NCBI GenBank assembly: GCA_913043225.1 | Contig: CAJWLU010000002.1 | Coordinates: forward strand, 64,001-128,000 | Source: an uncultured Acidobacteriota bacterium | Lineage (GTDB): Bacteria; Acidobacteriota; Vicinamibacteria; Vicinamibacterales; UBA8438 | Direction of reading: 5' to 3' | DNA length: 64,000 nucleotides | Shown here: positions 39,609 to 48,805 of the stretch, one piece after another | Layout of the letters: each line of letters begins with the position of its first letter | Position numbering within the stretch: position 1 is the stretch's first letter | Translations under genes and position numbers: made by a program | The notes under the pieces: generated by a model | Told to the model about the DNA's origin: nothing | Seen by the model: only the letters and a program-made list of their open reading frames with translations | Databases searched by the model: none

Positions 39609-40724
39609 TCAGTTGAGCCACTTGAGTACCGCATCTACAACCCGATCCTGCTCCTCGACCGTCATCTCGGGGAACAGAGGCAGGCTCACGATCTCGTCCT
39701 GATAGCGGGTCGAGACGGGGAAGTCCTCGGCCCGTAGGTCCAGATGCCGATGCGCCGCCAGGTTGGGCAGGCTGATGGGATAGTGCACGCCGCTGGCGAT
39801 CTCACGATCCGCGAGGAACTGTCGGAGTCCGTCCCGGTCGGCACAGCGCGTGACATAGAGGTGAAAGACGTGCTCGTTGCCTTCCGGCAGCGTGGGCGGG
39901 ACCAGCCGGTCAGCCACCTCGGTCAGCCGCTCCACATATCGGTGAGCAAGTTTTCGTCGGCTCTCTGACCATGCTGGCAGGTGTCTGAGCTTTACGCTCA
40001 GGATGGCCGCCTGCAGTGTGTCGAGACGACTGTTGTGTCCGGAGAGCACGTGGTCAGACTTGCCGACGCGCCCGTGGTTTGCCAGTTTTCTGACCTGCTC
40101 GGCCAGCTCGGCATCGCGGGTCACCACGGCGCCGCCATCGCCGAACGCCCCCAGGTTCTTGCCAGGGTAGAAGCTGAAGGCCGCCATATCGCCGAAGCTG
40201 CCAGCGGCGCCTTCCTCAGATCTGGCATCGTGGGCCTGGGCGGCGTCTTCGAGCACCTTGACTCCGGCCTTCCGGGCGAGGTCCATCAGCCGAGGCATGT
40301 CCACCAGCAGGCCGTAGAGGTGAACTGGCACGATGGCCTTGACCCGTGGCGCTCGCGATGTGAGCGCGTTCTCGACCTGGTTGAGGTCGAGCGTGTAGCG
40401 GTTGGGGTCACAGTCGATGAACACCGGCGTGGCGCCGGTCATCGTGATCGCCTCGGCAGTGGCTACGAAGCTGTTGGCGGCCGTGATCACCTCGTCGCCG
40501 GGCCCGACGCCAAGGGCTAGAAGCGCCAGGAACAAGGCGTCGGTGCCGTTGCCGACGCCGACGCAGTGATCCACGCCGCACAGGCTGGCGAACGCCTCCT
40601 CGAATTGGCCGACCTCAGGGCCACCGACGAAATGACAGTGATCGAGAACCGCGTCAATTACCGGCTGTAGTTCGTCGGCGATCGAATGGCGCTGGCGCTG
40701 GAGATCGACCAGGGGCAGATTCAC
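39609..40724 (-). CDS. DegT/DnrJ/EryC1/StrS sugar-nucleotide aminotransferase
   Basis: NGTDAL, EDAAQAH, SFYPGKNLGAFGDGG, NSRLD. Confidence 0.92.
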   Translation of the reverse strand: MNLPLVDLQRQRHSIADELQPVIDAVLDHCHFVGGPEVGQFEEAFASLCGVDHCVGVGNGTDALFLALLALGVGPGDEVITAANSFVATAEAITMTGATPVFIDCDPNRYTLDLNQVENALTSRAPRVKAIVPVHLYGLLVDMPRLMDLARKAGVKVLEDAAQAHDARSEEGAAGSFGDMAAFSFYPGKNLGAFGDGGAVVTRDAELAEQVRKLANHGRVGKSDHVLSGHNSRLDTLQAAILSVKLRHLPAWSESRRKLAHRYVERLTEVADRLVPPTLPEGNEHVFHLYVTRCADRDGLRQFLADREIASGVHYPISLPNLAAHRHLDLRAEDFPVSTRYQDEIVSLPLFPEMTVEEQDRVVDAVLKWLN

Positions 40725-41174
40725 GAGATGTTCTCCTGGCTCTTCTCCGGTCGGCTCAGCCGGCTTCGCTTGGGGACGAAACGCTCTTTGAGCGCGTGGA
40801 GGTAGATGTAGCGACTGGCGAGAAACGCGCGAGAGGACACGGGAATCTTGGCCCGACTATTTCCGCGGGCCGATGGTTTCAAGCAGTTCAGGTGTGAAAC
40901 GGGCAACGACAACGCCATGGTACACTCCCTTGGCTTACCTATAAAGCACGCGCGGGCGGAGATGACTGTGGACGATTCTGAGAGGTTTCTAGCCCGTTCG
41001 GACGAGCTTGATTCGATTCCAGACGAGCAACGGATGCTGCCACCGTTCCTGCTTGGGCTGGAGTGGGTCGACCGGGTCGCGACGTCCGTCCCTCTGATCA
41101 GACGGCTTGCGTGGTTATTCACGTTCGAGCAGCGGTCCCGGAAGACCGAGCATGCTCTCGAGGCCCTCGGATGA
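40721..41174. pseudogene. Two back-to-back 3' gene remnants (minus strand into degT, plus strand into the sulfurtransferase)
   Basis: The minus frame ends in a GTGA overlap with degT and the plus frame ends in an ATGA overlap with the sulfurtransferase; neither has a recognisable N-terminus. Confidence 0.4.
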
Positions 41175-42016
41175 GTGAGACGCCGTCAAGCTACGCCCAC
41201 CCGGGGCTGCTGGTCGATGCCACCGAGCTCGTGGAACTTCTGGCGGGAGGGGAACCTCCGGTGCTCCTTGACTTACGTCCGGCCGAGGCGTACGCCGCTG
41301 GCCATATCCCCGGGGCCGCGCACCTGGATCTCTTTGGGTTAAGTCTGATTGATACCGATCCGGCGCCGCTGGCCGCCTTTGCCTGGATGATCGGCCACCT
41401 GCTGGCATCGCGAGGGGTGGAGTCGGACCGGACGGTCGTAGTCTATGACGAGCAGTCCGGGATCCGGGCGGCGAGAGCCTTCTGGTTCCTCGAGTTCTTC
41501 GCGCATTCCGGGCCGAGATTGCTCGACGGGGGCTTCGGCGCCTGGGGCGAGGCGGGCGGAGAGATCACGACCGTCGCGAATGCACCCCGGGCGACCAAGT
41601 GGGTACCAGGTCGAGATGATGGGACCCTCGCTACTTGGCAAGATCTGCGCGATTGCCTGGGCTCCAGCGAGGTCGCCGTGCTCGACACCCGTTCCGACGG
41701 CGAGTACTGCGGAACCACGGTCCGTGCAGCCCGGGGCGGCGCTGTGCCAGGTGCGGTACACATCGAGTGGAAGCAGAATCTCGACGACCGTGGACGCTTC
41801 AAATCTGGTGAGGCGCTTCGGGCGATGTACGAGTCGGCGGGGATCACGGCCGAGCGAGAGATCGTGACGTACTGTCAGGGTGGTTATCGCGCCGCGCACA
41901 GCTATCTCGCCCTCCGCCTTCTCGGTTTCCCACGCGTCCGGAACTATATAGGCTCCTGGAAGGAGTGGGGCGACCGGATGGACCTGCCGATCGAGCAGCC
42001 GACCCCGCGTGAGTAG
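41171..42016 (+). CDS. Tandem-rhodanese sulfurtransferase (SseA/TST-like)
   Basis: GHIPGA, LDGG...W, YCQGGYRA active loop, Y.GSW.EW. Confidence 0.9.
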   Translation: MSETPSSYAHPGLLVDATELVELLAGGEPPVLLDLRPAEAYAAGHIPGAAHLDLFGLSLIDTDPAPLAAFAWMIGHLLASRGVESDRTVVVYDEQSGIRAARAFWFLEFFAHSGPRLLDGGFGAWGEAGGEITTVANAPRATKWVPGRDDGTLATWQDLRDCLGSSEVAVLDTRSDGEYCGTTVRAARGGAVPGAVHIEWKQNLDDRGRFKSGEALRAMYESAGITAEREIVTYCQGGYRAAHSYLALRLLGFPRVRNYIGSWKEWGDRMDLPIEQPTPRE

Positions 42017-42079
42017 GCCCGATAAGGATGGAGCCACGGGTGGCCAGGGTCCTGGCTCTGACCCTCGGGGTGGGGAATC

Positions 42080-42660
42080 GGTGGCGTGCGGGCCTGGTCC
42101 CGAGCGGATGCCGACAACGGACCGTGAACGCCGAGTACGATCGCTAAACGAGTCGTCTTCAGCTGCTCACCCTGGATTCGGACGACAACCCTACTCCAGA
42201 CACCTGGAGCTACATGGACGGAAATACTGTGCTCCGGAGCGAACTGGATCGGGGCGAGAACCGAGTGATTGAACGCTGGAAGTACTACCTGCCGGGTCGG
42301 TTGATCAAAAAGATCTGGTTCTCGCGCGGGGGAGATGAGGTGGTCGACGCCTGGGCCTACGAAGATGGCGACGGCGCCGTGGCCCGCATCGAAATTTCGA
42401 TACTGCACAACGGTCAGGTCGACCGATGGGAGCACTACGAGGCGGACATCCTGGCCAGAGCCGAGGATGACATGGCCCCTGATGGCCAGCCCGACGAGTG
42501 GGAGACGCACTCCGGGAGCCTTGTCGAGTCGGCGGCGTTCGACGAAAATGGCGATGGAGTGCCGGACCGCCGCCTGCTCTGCGCCGGGGGAGCGCTACTG
42601 GCGATCGAGAGCACCGGGCCGAAGACGGAACCCACCGCACCCGGATCGACGTCGACCGCT
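42080..42660 (+). pseudogene. Disrupted lipoprotein-like protein with D-x-D-G-x-x-D-x-W repeats
   Basis: VAC lipobox-like in one frame; VNAEYDR*TSRLQLLTLDSDDNPTPDTWSYMDG continues in frame with ORF 42214 across TAA at 42145. Confidence 0.55.
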
Positions 42661-42802
42661 GATCTCCATCACCTACTGCAGTCTGTTTTGTGCAATTTCT
42701 TACCCGATAGGGGCTGCAGGTCGATGACTTGCGTGCGGCTGGAATCGTGTTCTTCGACCCAACAGAGGCGCGGGGCGAATGTCTTAACCGGGATGAAGGG
42801 CC

Positions 42803-45196
42803 ATGCCGAACTTTACCTTCGAAACTAAGGCTCGGACTCTGGATCGGCTGACAGGCCGACTGGCCAAGTTCAAGATTCCAGACCTGCTGTACTTCACGGT
42901 CGCGGAGTGGCGGAGCCAGCCAGACGTTTGGTTCGGTCGGATCGCCCAGCGATTCGGCTCCGAGGCGGTCATCGTGCGCTCATCGGCCTGGGACGAGGAC
43001 GGGTCCGTCTGGGGACAGGCGGGGCAATATGCCTCGGTGCCTGGAGTAGGTGCCAACGACCGGGAGGCGCTCACCGATGCTGTCGATACGGTCGTCGCTA
43101 GCTATGAGAAGGGCGGGGAGCAGATCGCCAACCGGGATGAGATCATCGTCCAGCGGATGCTGGTCAACACCGTGATGAGTGGAGTGCTCTTTACCCAGGA
43201 CCTGAACACGGGCGCTCCCTACTACGTGATCAACTATGACGATCAGTCCGGTCGTACCGATACGGTCACCTCGGGAGCCGGTGAGTACTCCAACCGAACG
43301 CTTTATCTGCATAGGGGCGCGATCGAGGCGGTGCGGTCGCCACGGTTCCAGGCGTTGGTCGCGGCTGTCTCCGACCTTGAGGCGGTGACCGGGAACCCGT
43401 TTCTCGATGTCGAATTCGCTCTCGACGCCGAGTTTGTCCCCTATCTGCTCCAGGTACGGCTAATTACAACCCGCGCGAACTGGAACCGTGCGCTGGCGCG
43501 GCGGGTCGACCAGGCGCTGCTGGGTGTTCAGGAGTTCGTCCGGCGACGGTTTCAACCGCTGCCCGGGGTACTCGGCGCACGGTCCGTCTTCGGCCAGATG
43601 CCGGACTGGAACCCCGCCGAGATGATCGGGCGGGCACCGCGGCGGCTAGCCAGTTCCCTGTACAGAAAGGTGATCACCGACGACGCGTGGCGTGACGCGC
43701 GGCAGGAGATGGGGTACGCCGTGCCCGAGGGACACCCGCTCATGGTGCTTCTGGCCGGCCAGCCCTATGTCGATGTTCGTCTTAGCTTCCATTCGTATCT
43801 TCCGGCCACGCTCGATGCCGCGATCGGCGAGAAATTGGTCAATGCCTGGCTGGAGCGACTCGTCGCTCATCCCCATCTGCACGACAAGGTGGAGTTCGAG
43901 GTGGCGATTACGGCCTATAGCTTTGATTTTGCCGAGCGCGTCGATTTGCTCATACCCGACGTGTTGAGCCCGGATGAGCTCGCGAAGTTCGAGACCACAC
44001 TCCGGTCGTTGACGCGCGAGCACGTGACCGGTCTCCGCAGTGGACTCGAGTCGTCGTTGGCCCGAATCCAGGCGCTGGAGCAGCTCGATGTGGAGCGTGA
44101 TCTCGCCTCGGCGGATCGGTCGCCGCTGGCACTCCGCTCGCTGCTCGAACGCTGTGTCCGATTCGGGACGGTTCCGTTCTCCATCCTTGCTAGACACGGA
44201 TTCATCGCCCGTTCGTTACTGTTGTCACTGGTGTCGAAGGGTGTGTTCTCGGTCGAGGACGCCGATCGATTCGGCAAGAGCATCCGCACGGTGGCGAGCG
44301 AGCTCGTCGCAGACATGCGTCGGTTCGCCGAGGGGAGGCGCGATCGCGATAGCTTTATGGCCCAATACGGACACCTGCGTCCTGGCACATATGACATCCT
44401 CTCGCCGCGTTACGACCAGGCGCTCGAGATCTTCTCCGGCGCCCAGGAGCCGGTCGCTGATGGCGGCGACTCCGTCATTGAGGTGTCGGAGCGGCAACGG
44501 CGGGACATCGACCGTTTGCTGGCGGAGCACGGCTTTGACGGCGTTTCAGCGGCCCGCTTGCTGGACTACCTCCGGGAAGCCCCGGCGGCTCGCGAGCATG
44601 CGAAGTTTGTGTTCACTCGCACCCTGAGCGACGTGCTGGAACTGACCGCCCGCTACGGAGAGCAGGTGGGGCTGAGCCGGGATGAATTGTCTCATTTGGC
44701 GATTGACGACGTGCTCGAAGTGGACGTGGAGAGCGCGCCTTACTCGGTGGAGGAGCGTTTGCGCGACAGGGCCCGTCGCGGCGCCGAAGCGCACGCGACG
44801 ACTCGCGCCGTACGGCTACCGCAGCTGCTCTTCGACGAGGCAGGGGTGCATGTGGTGCCGTTCCAGATCAGCCATCCGAATTTCATCACACACAACGTCG
44901 TGCGGGGAGCGTGCGTCCGCTTGCGAGCTGACGACGTCTCGGTGCCAGAACTCGAGGGCCGCGTTGTGCTGATTGAGGGGGCTGATCCCGGTTTTGACTG
45001 GATCTTCGCCCATAGGATCGGTGGGCTTGTGACGGCGTTTGGCGGCGCCAACTCTCACATGGCGATTCGATGTGCTGAGTTCGGGATTCCTGCCGCCATC
45101 GGTTGTGGCGAACAGGTCTTCGAGCGGGTCTCGGCCGTGGGTGGCGTGGAGCTCAACTGCGGCGAGGGGATCATGCGCCCGGTCCGGTTGCGCTAG
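42803..45196 (+). CDS. PEP-utilizing/PPDK-like kinase, putative L-glutamine kinase (Cj1418-like)
   Basis: TKA..L, IVRSS...ED, SGVLFT, DVEFA, LLQVR, MPDWNPAEMIG, HDKVEF, YGHLRPGTYDI, ADPGFDWIF, GGANSHMAIR phospho-His domain. Confidence 0.8.
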   Translation: MPNFTFETKARTLDRLTGRLAKFKIPDLLYFTVAEWRSQPDVWFGRIAQRFGSEAVIVRSSAWDEDGSVWGQAGQYASVPGVGANDREALTDAVDTVVASYEKGGEQIANRDEIIVQRMLVNTVMSGVLFTQDLNTGAPYYVINYDDQSGRTDTVTSGAGEYSNRTLYLHRGAIEAVRSPRFQALVAAVSDLEAVTGNPFLDVEFALDAEFVPYLLQVRLITTRANWNRALARRVDQALLGVQEFVRRRFQPLPGVLGARSVFGQMPDWNPAEMIGRAPRRLASSLYRKVITDDAWRDARQEMGYAVPEGHPLMVLLAGQPYVDVRLSFHSYLPATLDAAIGEKLVNAWLERLVAHPHLHDKVEFEVAITAYSFDFAERVDLLIPDVLSPDELAKFETTLRSLTREHVTGLRSGLESSLARIQALEQLDVERDLASADRSPLALRSLLERCVRFGTVPFSILARHGFIARSLLLSLVSKGVFSVEDADRFGKSIRTVASELVADMRRFAEGRRDRDSFMAQYGHLRPGTYDILSPRYDQALEIFSGAQEPVADGGDSVIEVSERQRRDIDRLLAEHGFDGVSAARLLDYLREAPAAREHAKFVFTRTLSDVLELTARYGEQVGLSRDELSHLAIDDVLEVDVESAPYSVEERLRDRARRGAEAHATTRAVRLPQLLFDEAGVHVVPFQISHPNFITHNVVRGACVRLRADDVSVPELEGRVVLIEGADPGFDWIFAHRIGGLVTAFGGANSHMAIRCAEFGIPAAIGCGEQVFERVSAVGGVELNCGEGIMRPVRLR

Positions 45197-45209
45197 GACG
45201 TAGCTGGTT

Positions 45210-45731
45210 GTGGTCGTTTGGATCATAGGGATGTCGGGGGCGGGCAAGACGGCCATCGGTACCGAGGTGCATCGCCAGTGGAAGGCGACCGGCGCGCCGG
45301 TCGTGATGGTGGATGGGGATCAGGTAAGGCGGATCGTGGGGCAGGACCAGAGCGATGCCGACTACACGCTGGTGGCAAGGCGCAAGAATGCCGAACGTTT
45401 GTTCGAGATCTGTCGCTGGCTTGATCTGGAAGGGATCAATGTCGTCTGCTCCCACCTGTCGCTCTTCGCCGACCTCCGCGACCGTAACCGCGAGACTTTC
45501 TCGAGTTACTTCGAAGTCTTCGTCGACGTGCCGATTGATGTCCTGGTCGAACGAGACGACAAAGGGATTTATCAGGCCGCGCGGCGCGGCGAGACCGCCA
45601 ATGTGGTGGGGGTTGACATCGATTTTCCGAGACCGGAGCGTGCGGATCTGGTCGTGGAAAACGGTGGGTTCAATGTCCCTCTCTCGCGCTGGGCCGGGGA
45701 CATCCTTCGTGCGGTGGGCATAGTCGCGTAA
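45210..45731 (+). CDS. Adenylyl-sulfate kinase-like protein (Cj1415-like)
   Basis: W..GMSGAGKT P-loop, DGD, Y.EVFV, RD.KGIY, VVGVDI.F..P. Confidence 0.8.
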   Translation: MVVWIIGMSGAGKTAIGTEVHRQWKATGAPVVMVDGDQVRRIVGQDQSDADYTLVARRKNAERLFEICRWLDLEGINVVCSHLSLFADLRDRNRETFSSYFEVFVDVPIDVLVERDDKGIYQAARRGETANVVGVDIDFPRPERADLVVENGGFNVPLSRWAGDILRAVGIVA

Positions 45732-45802
45732 GCCCTGATTTGGGCGGATGCGATAGCGGCCCAGTGGCCAGTGCTGGTCAGGCGATCCCGGACCGTGCCG
45801 TG

Positions 45803-46987
45803 TTAGACCGTTTCCGCCGGACTTGCCGGCGCTTGTCCGGTCAGCCGCTCGGTCAGCCGCTCGACGACGTAGTCCTGCATCTCGGTCGTCAATTCGGGAT
45901 AGATGGGGAGAGCAAGCGAGTGCTCGGCGGCGTATTCACTGTGTGGAAAACAGCCTTCGGTGTATCCAAGCGAAGCGAAGCATGGCTGCAGGTGCGCGGG
46001 CACGGGGTAGTACACCTCTGTGCCGATTCCGCTTGTGGTCAGCCAGGACCGGAGGCCGTCCCGGTCTGACGACACCGAGATCACATACTGGTTGTAGACG
46101 TGGTCCCGTCGCTCGCCACGGGGGGACGGAGTGGTGATGCCTGGCAGCCGCAGGTGCTCGTCATAGTACGCGGCGTTGGCCTGCCGTTCGCTATGCCACT
46201 CCTCAAGGTGGTCGAGCTTGACGCGAAGGATCGCCGCCTGAAGCGGATCGAGCCGGAAGTTGCCGCCGACTAGTGCGTGGCGGTGCTTCGGGTGGGCCCC
46301 GTGGTTCCTCAGGCACCGGACTCGCTCAGCCAGCTGCGCGTCGTCGGTCACCACCATGCCCCCGTCGCCCATCGCACCCAGGTTCTTGCTTGGGAAGAAC
46401 GAATAGCAACCGATGGTGCCCATGGCGCCGGCATGACGCCGCTCACCATTCCAGTCGTAGCTGGCGCCGATCGCCTGCGCAGCATCTTCCACCACGGGGA
46501 TGCCGCGGGCCTGGGCGAGATCCAGGAGCGGCACCATGTCGGCGCATTGGCCAAACAGGTGTACGGGGACGATCGCTTTGACCCGTCCGGCGTCCGCAGA
46601 ATTTTTGTCGAACCACTGCCGCAATTGGTAGGGGTCGAGATTGTAGGTGGCCGGGTCGATATCGACGAAGACCGCCGTGGCACCCAGACGGCTGATGGTG
46701 CCGATGGTGGCGAAGAACGAATACGGGGTAGTCAGCACGAGATCGCCTGGTCCCACCCCGAGCGCGGTGAGCGAGACGAGCAGCGCGTCGGTGCCTGATG
46801 AGACGCCGATGGCGTGCCGGCTGCCCACGTAGCCGGCGATGGCCTGCTCCAGCTCCTCGACTTTAGGGCCCCCAATATAGCGAGTAGAGTCGACGACCTC
46901 GTCGATGGCGATCCGGAGCGGCTCCCTAATCTGGCTCAACTGCTGCCGCAGGTCGAGCAGCGGTACCTGCATCCGCGCGTTGCTCAT
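45803..46987 (-). CDS. DegT/DnrJ/EryC1/StrS sugar-nucleotide aminotransferase
   Basis: [40 protein letters not shown]. Confidence 0.92.
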   Translation of the reverse strand: MSNARMQVPLLDLRQQLSQIREPLRIAIDEVVDSTRYIGGPKVEELEQAIAGYVGSRHAIGVSSGTDALLVSLTALGVGPGDLVLTTPYSFFATIGTISRLGATAVFVDIDPATYNLDPYQLRQWFDKNSADAGRVKAIVPVHLFGQCADMVPLLDLAQARGIPVVEDAAQAIGASYDWNGERRHAGAMGTIGCYSFFPSKNLGAMGDGGMVVTDDAQLAERVRCLRNHGAHPKHRHALVGGNFRLDPLQAAILRVKLDHLEEWHSERQANAAYYDEHLRLPGITTPSPRGERRDHVYNQYVISVSSDRDGLRSWLTTSGIGTEVYYPVPAHLQPCFASLGYTEGCFPHSEYAAEHSLALPIYPELTTEMQDYVVERLTERLTGQAPASPAETV

Positions 46988-47034
46988 ATGGTTTGTACCG
47001 GAGATGGAGTCAACCCGCATAGTATAATTTGGAC

Positions 47035-47215
47035 ACTCCAAGGCACACCGACCAGAGACGCTGATTCCCGGGATTCCGCAGGGTTCCCCAGGCCTGCCAC
47101 GCAACGAGACGAGCTCTGTTATGCCTCAGCGACTGGCACGACTCCTGGCCTGGTTGGAGACCTGGTGCCGTCCCATGGCGTTCCAGCCCGGGGCGTCTGA
47201 AGTCGCCGCTTGAGT
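47035..47215 (+). ncRNA. Candidate rod-shaped ncRNA (6S RNA-like)
   Basis: Begins 6 nt after TATAAT (47023-47028); nested helices pair the 5' and 3' halves around an asymmetric bubble; 181 nt. Confidence 0.5.
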
Positions 47216-47222
47216 CAGGGGC

Positions 47223-48113
47223 TCAGTTCAGGCTTGCCACCCGGCGCCGCAGCGCCTTGACGTGTCCCCAGATTTCGTCGCGTTCCTCCCGGGTCTCTTC
47301 CCCGTCGTCCCCACGGGAAGCGAACTGCAGATACGCCTCCAGGTCTCGCAACGCCGCTGTGTAGTCGTTCAGATGGTAGGCGAGCAGACCTCGATCCCGG
47401 AGCTCGCTGAGCGCAGACGGGTTGATAGACAGGAGCAGATCGGTGACGGCCCGACCCTGAGGGAACGACCTCATCCGTACGTAGAGACGCTTGAGGTTGA
47501 CCAGCATCCGCACGAGGATTTGCTGCTTGGTCGCCGGACGAAGCAGTGTCTGGGCGAATGCGACCGAGCCGCCGGCGTGACGCCGGAGTAGCGCCCGGCA
47601 GTCGGTTTCCGATAGCACCGTGCCGCCGTCGAACGGATCAACCACGACGGCGCTCTCTGGCGCGTCGCCCGCTCCCAGCGGAAAGCGGAGCAGGAAGTGC
47701 CCGGGGAAGTTCACGCCTTCAACCTGGATCCCCGCCCGGCGGGCCACCTCGATGTAGACCACCGCCAGCGTGATGGGGATACCGGTCCGGCGCTCGAGCA
47801 CCTGGTTGAGGAAGCTGTTCCGCAGGTCGTCGTAATCGGTGGCGTTGCCAGCGAACCCCTGGTCTTCGAACAGATAGTGGTTGAGACTGTGCAGCGGACC
47901 CCGGGGGGCGGCTCGACCGGTGGTGTCCAGGCGTCCCGCCATGTCCTCGCCCATTTGCTCCAGTCGCCCGAGGTAGGGAGACGGGTCGAGCGTCGGGTAG
48001 CCGAGGCGGGCAATGAGCAGTGCCGGCTCAGCCAGGCCCTGGTCGGGGCTGGTGGCGGCCTTGGCGAACTCCTGAACGAGTTCTGGCGTCATTACAGCGC
48101 AGCCGTCTTCCAT
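47223..48113 (-). CDS. SirB1-like transglutaminase-domain/TPR protein
   Basis: F.GN..DY....NSFL..VL.RRTGIPI, GVNFPGHFL, DPF, RDRGL. Confidence 0.88.
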   Translation of the reverse strand: MEDGCAVMTPELVQEFAKAATSPDQGLAEPALLIARLGYPTLDPSPYLGRLEQMGEDMAGRLDTTGRAAPRGPLHSLNHYLFEDQGFAGNATDYDDLRNSFLNQVLERRTGIPITLAVVYIEVARRAGIQVEGVNFPGHFLLRFPLGAGDAPESAVVVDPFDGGTVLSETDCRALLRRHAGGSVAFAQTLLRPATKQQILVRMLVNLKRLYVRMRSFPQGRAVTDLLLSINPSALSELRDRGLLAYHLNDYTAALRDLEAYLQFASRGDDGEETREERDEIWGHVKALRRRVASLN

Positions 48114-48124
48114 CTTGTTAATGA

Positions 48125-48802
48125 TTATTGCACCGCTAGCCGTCGGAGGAGGGCGAGGTCGACGTCCGCAATAGACGCCACGACCGCATCGGCAGCGGTC
48201 AGTGCCGAGGCCGGGTAGGTTTGAGCGACGCCGAGGCAGCGGAGGCCGGCCGACTGTGCCGACGTGATGCCCCAGTACGAGTCTTCGATGGCGACGAAGC
48301 GGCCCTTGGGTTCGGTGACCAATGGACGTAGTCGCGCAACCGCCTCGAGGTACGGATCTGGAGCCGGCTTGGACTGAGACGTGTCGCCAGCGGCCACGAT
48401 CGTGCGGAAGAGAGGCCGAAGGCCGGTGGCGTCCAGCAGCGCCTCAATCTCGCCACCAAGCGCGCCCGACGCGATCGCGATCGGCACCTCGGCCGCGATC
48501 CGTCGCACGCATTCCGCCGCGCCTGGAAACAGCGCTTCGCCAGCCGCCGTTAGCGTACTGAAGTGGTGACTCTTGGCGGACACGAGCGCCGAGAGCTCGG
48601 CGTCCGAGATGGACCAGTGCTGATCGCGGGCGACGGCTCGGAACGCCCCCACATCGTCGAACCCGAGGTAGCGGTCGAAGTAGGTCTGTTTGTCGAGGTG
48701 GCGACCGTGCGGCTCGAGTGCAGCCTGAAAGGCGCGCAGATGGAGCGGCTCGCTATCGGCGAGCACGCCGTCGAAGTCGAACACGACCGCTGCAAGCGGC
48801 AC
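48125..48802 (-). CDS. HAD family phosphatase
   Basis: FDFDGVLADSE, KPAPDPY, IEDS..G. Confidence 0.9.
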   Translation of the reverse strand: MPLAAVVFDFDGVLADSEPLHLRAFQAALEPHGRHLDKQTYFDRYLGFDDVGAFRAVARDQHWSISDAELSALVSAKSHHFSTLTAAGEALFPGAAECVRRIAAEVPIAIASGALGGEIEALLDATGLRPLFRTIVAAGDTSQSKPAPDPYLEAVARLRPLVTEPKGRFVAIEDSYWGITSAQSAGLRCLGVAQTYPASALTAADAVVASIADVDLALLRRLAVQ

Positions 48803-48805
48803 GGG

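Noticed and set aside
32462..42016. Rhodanese-less ThiI supplied by the sulfurtransferase at 41171
   Set aside because: Short ThiI is common and the genes are about 7.5 kb apart in different operons
45839..45862. 12-bp tandem duplication GGTCAGCCGCTC (ERLT-ERLT) at the degT C-terminus
   Set aside because: Two copies, in frame, in a variable tail; no sign of function
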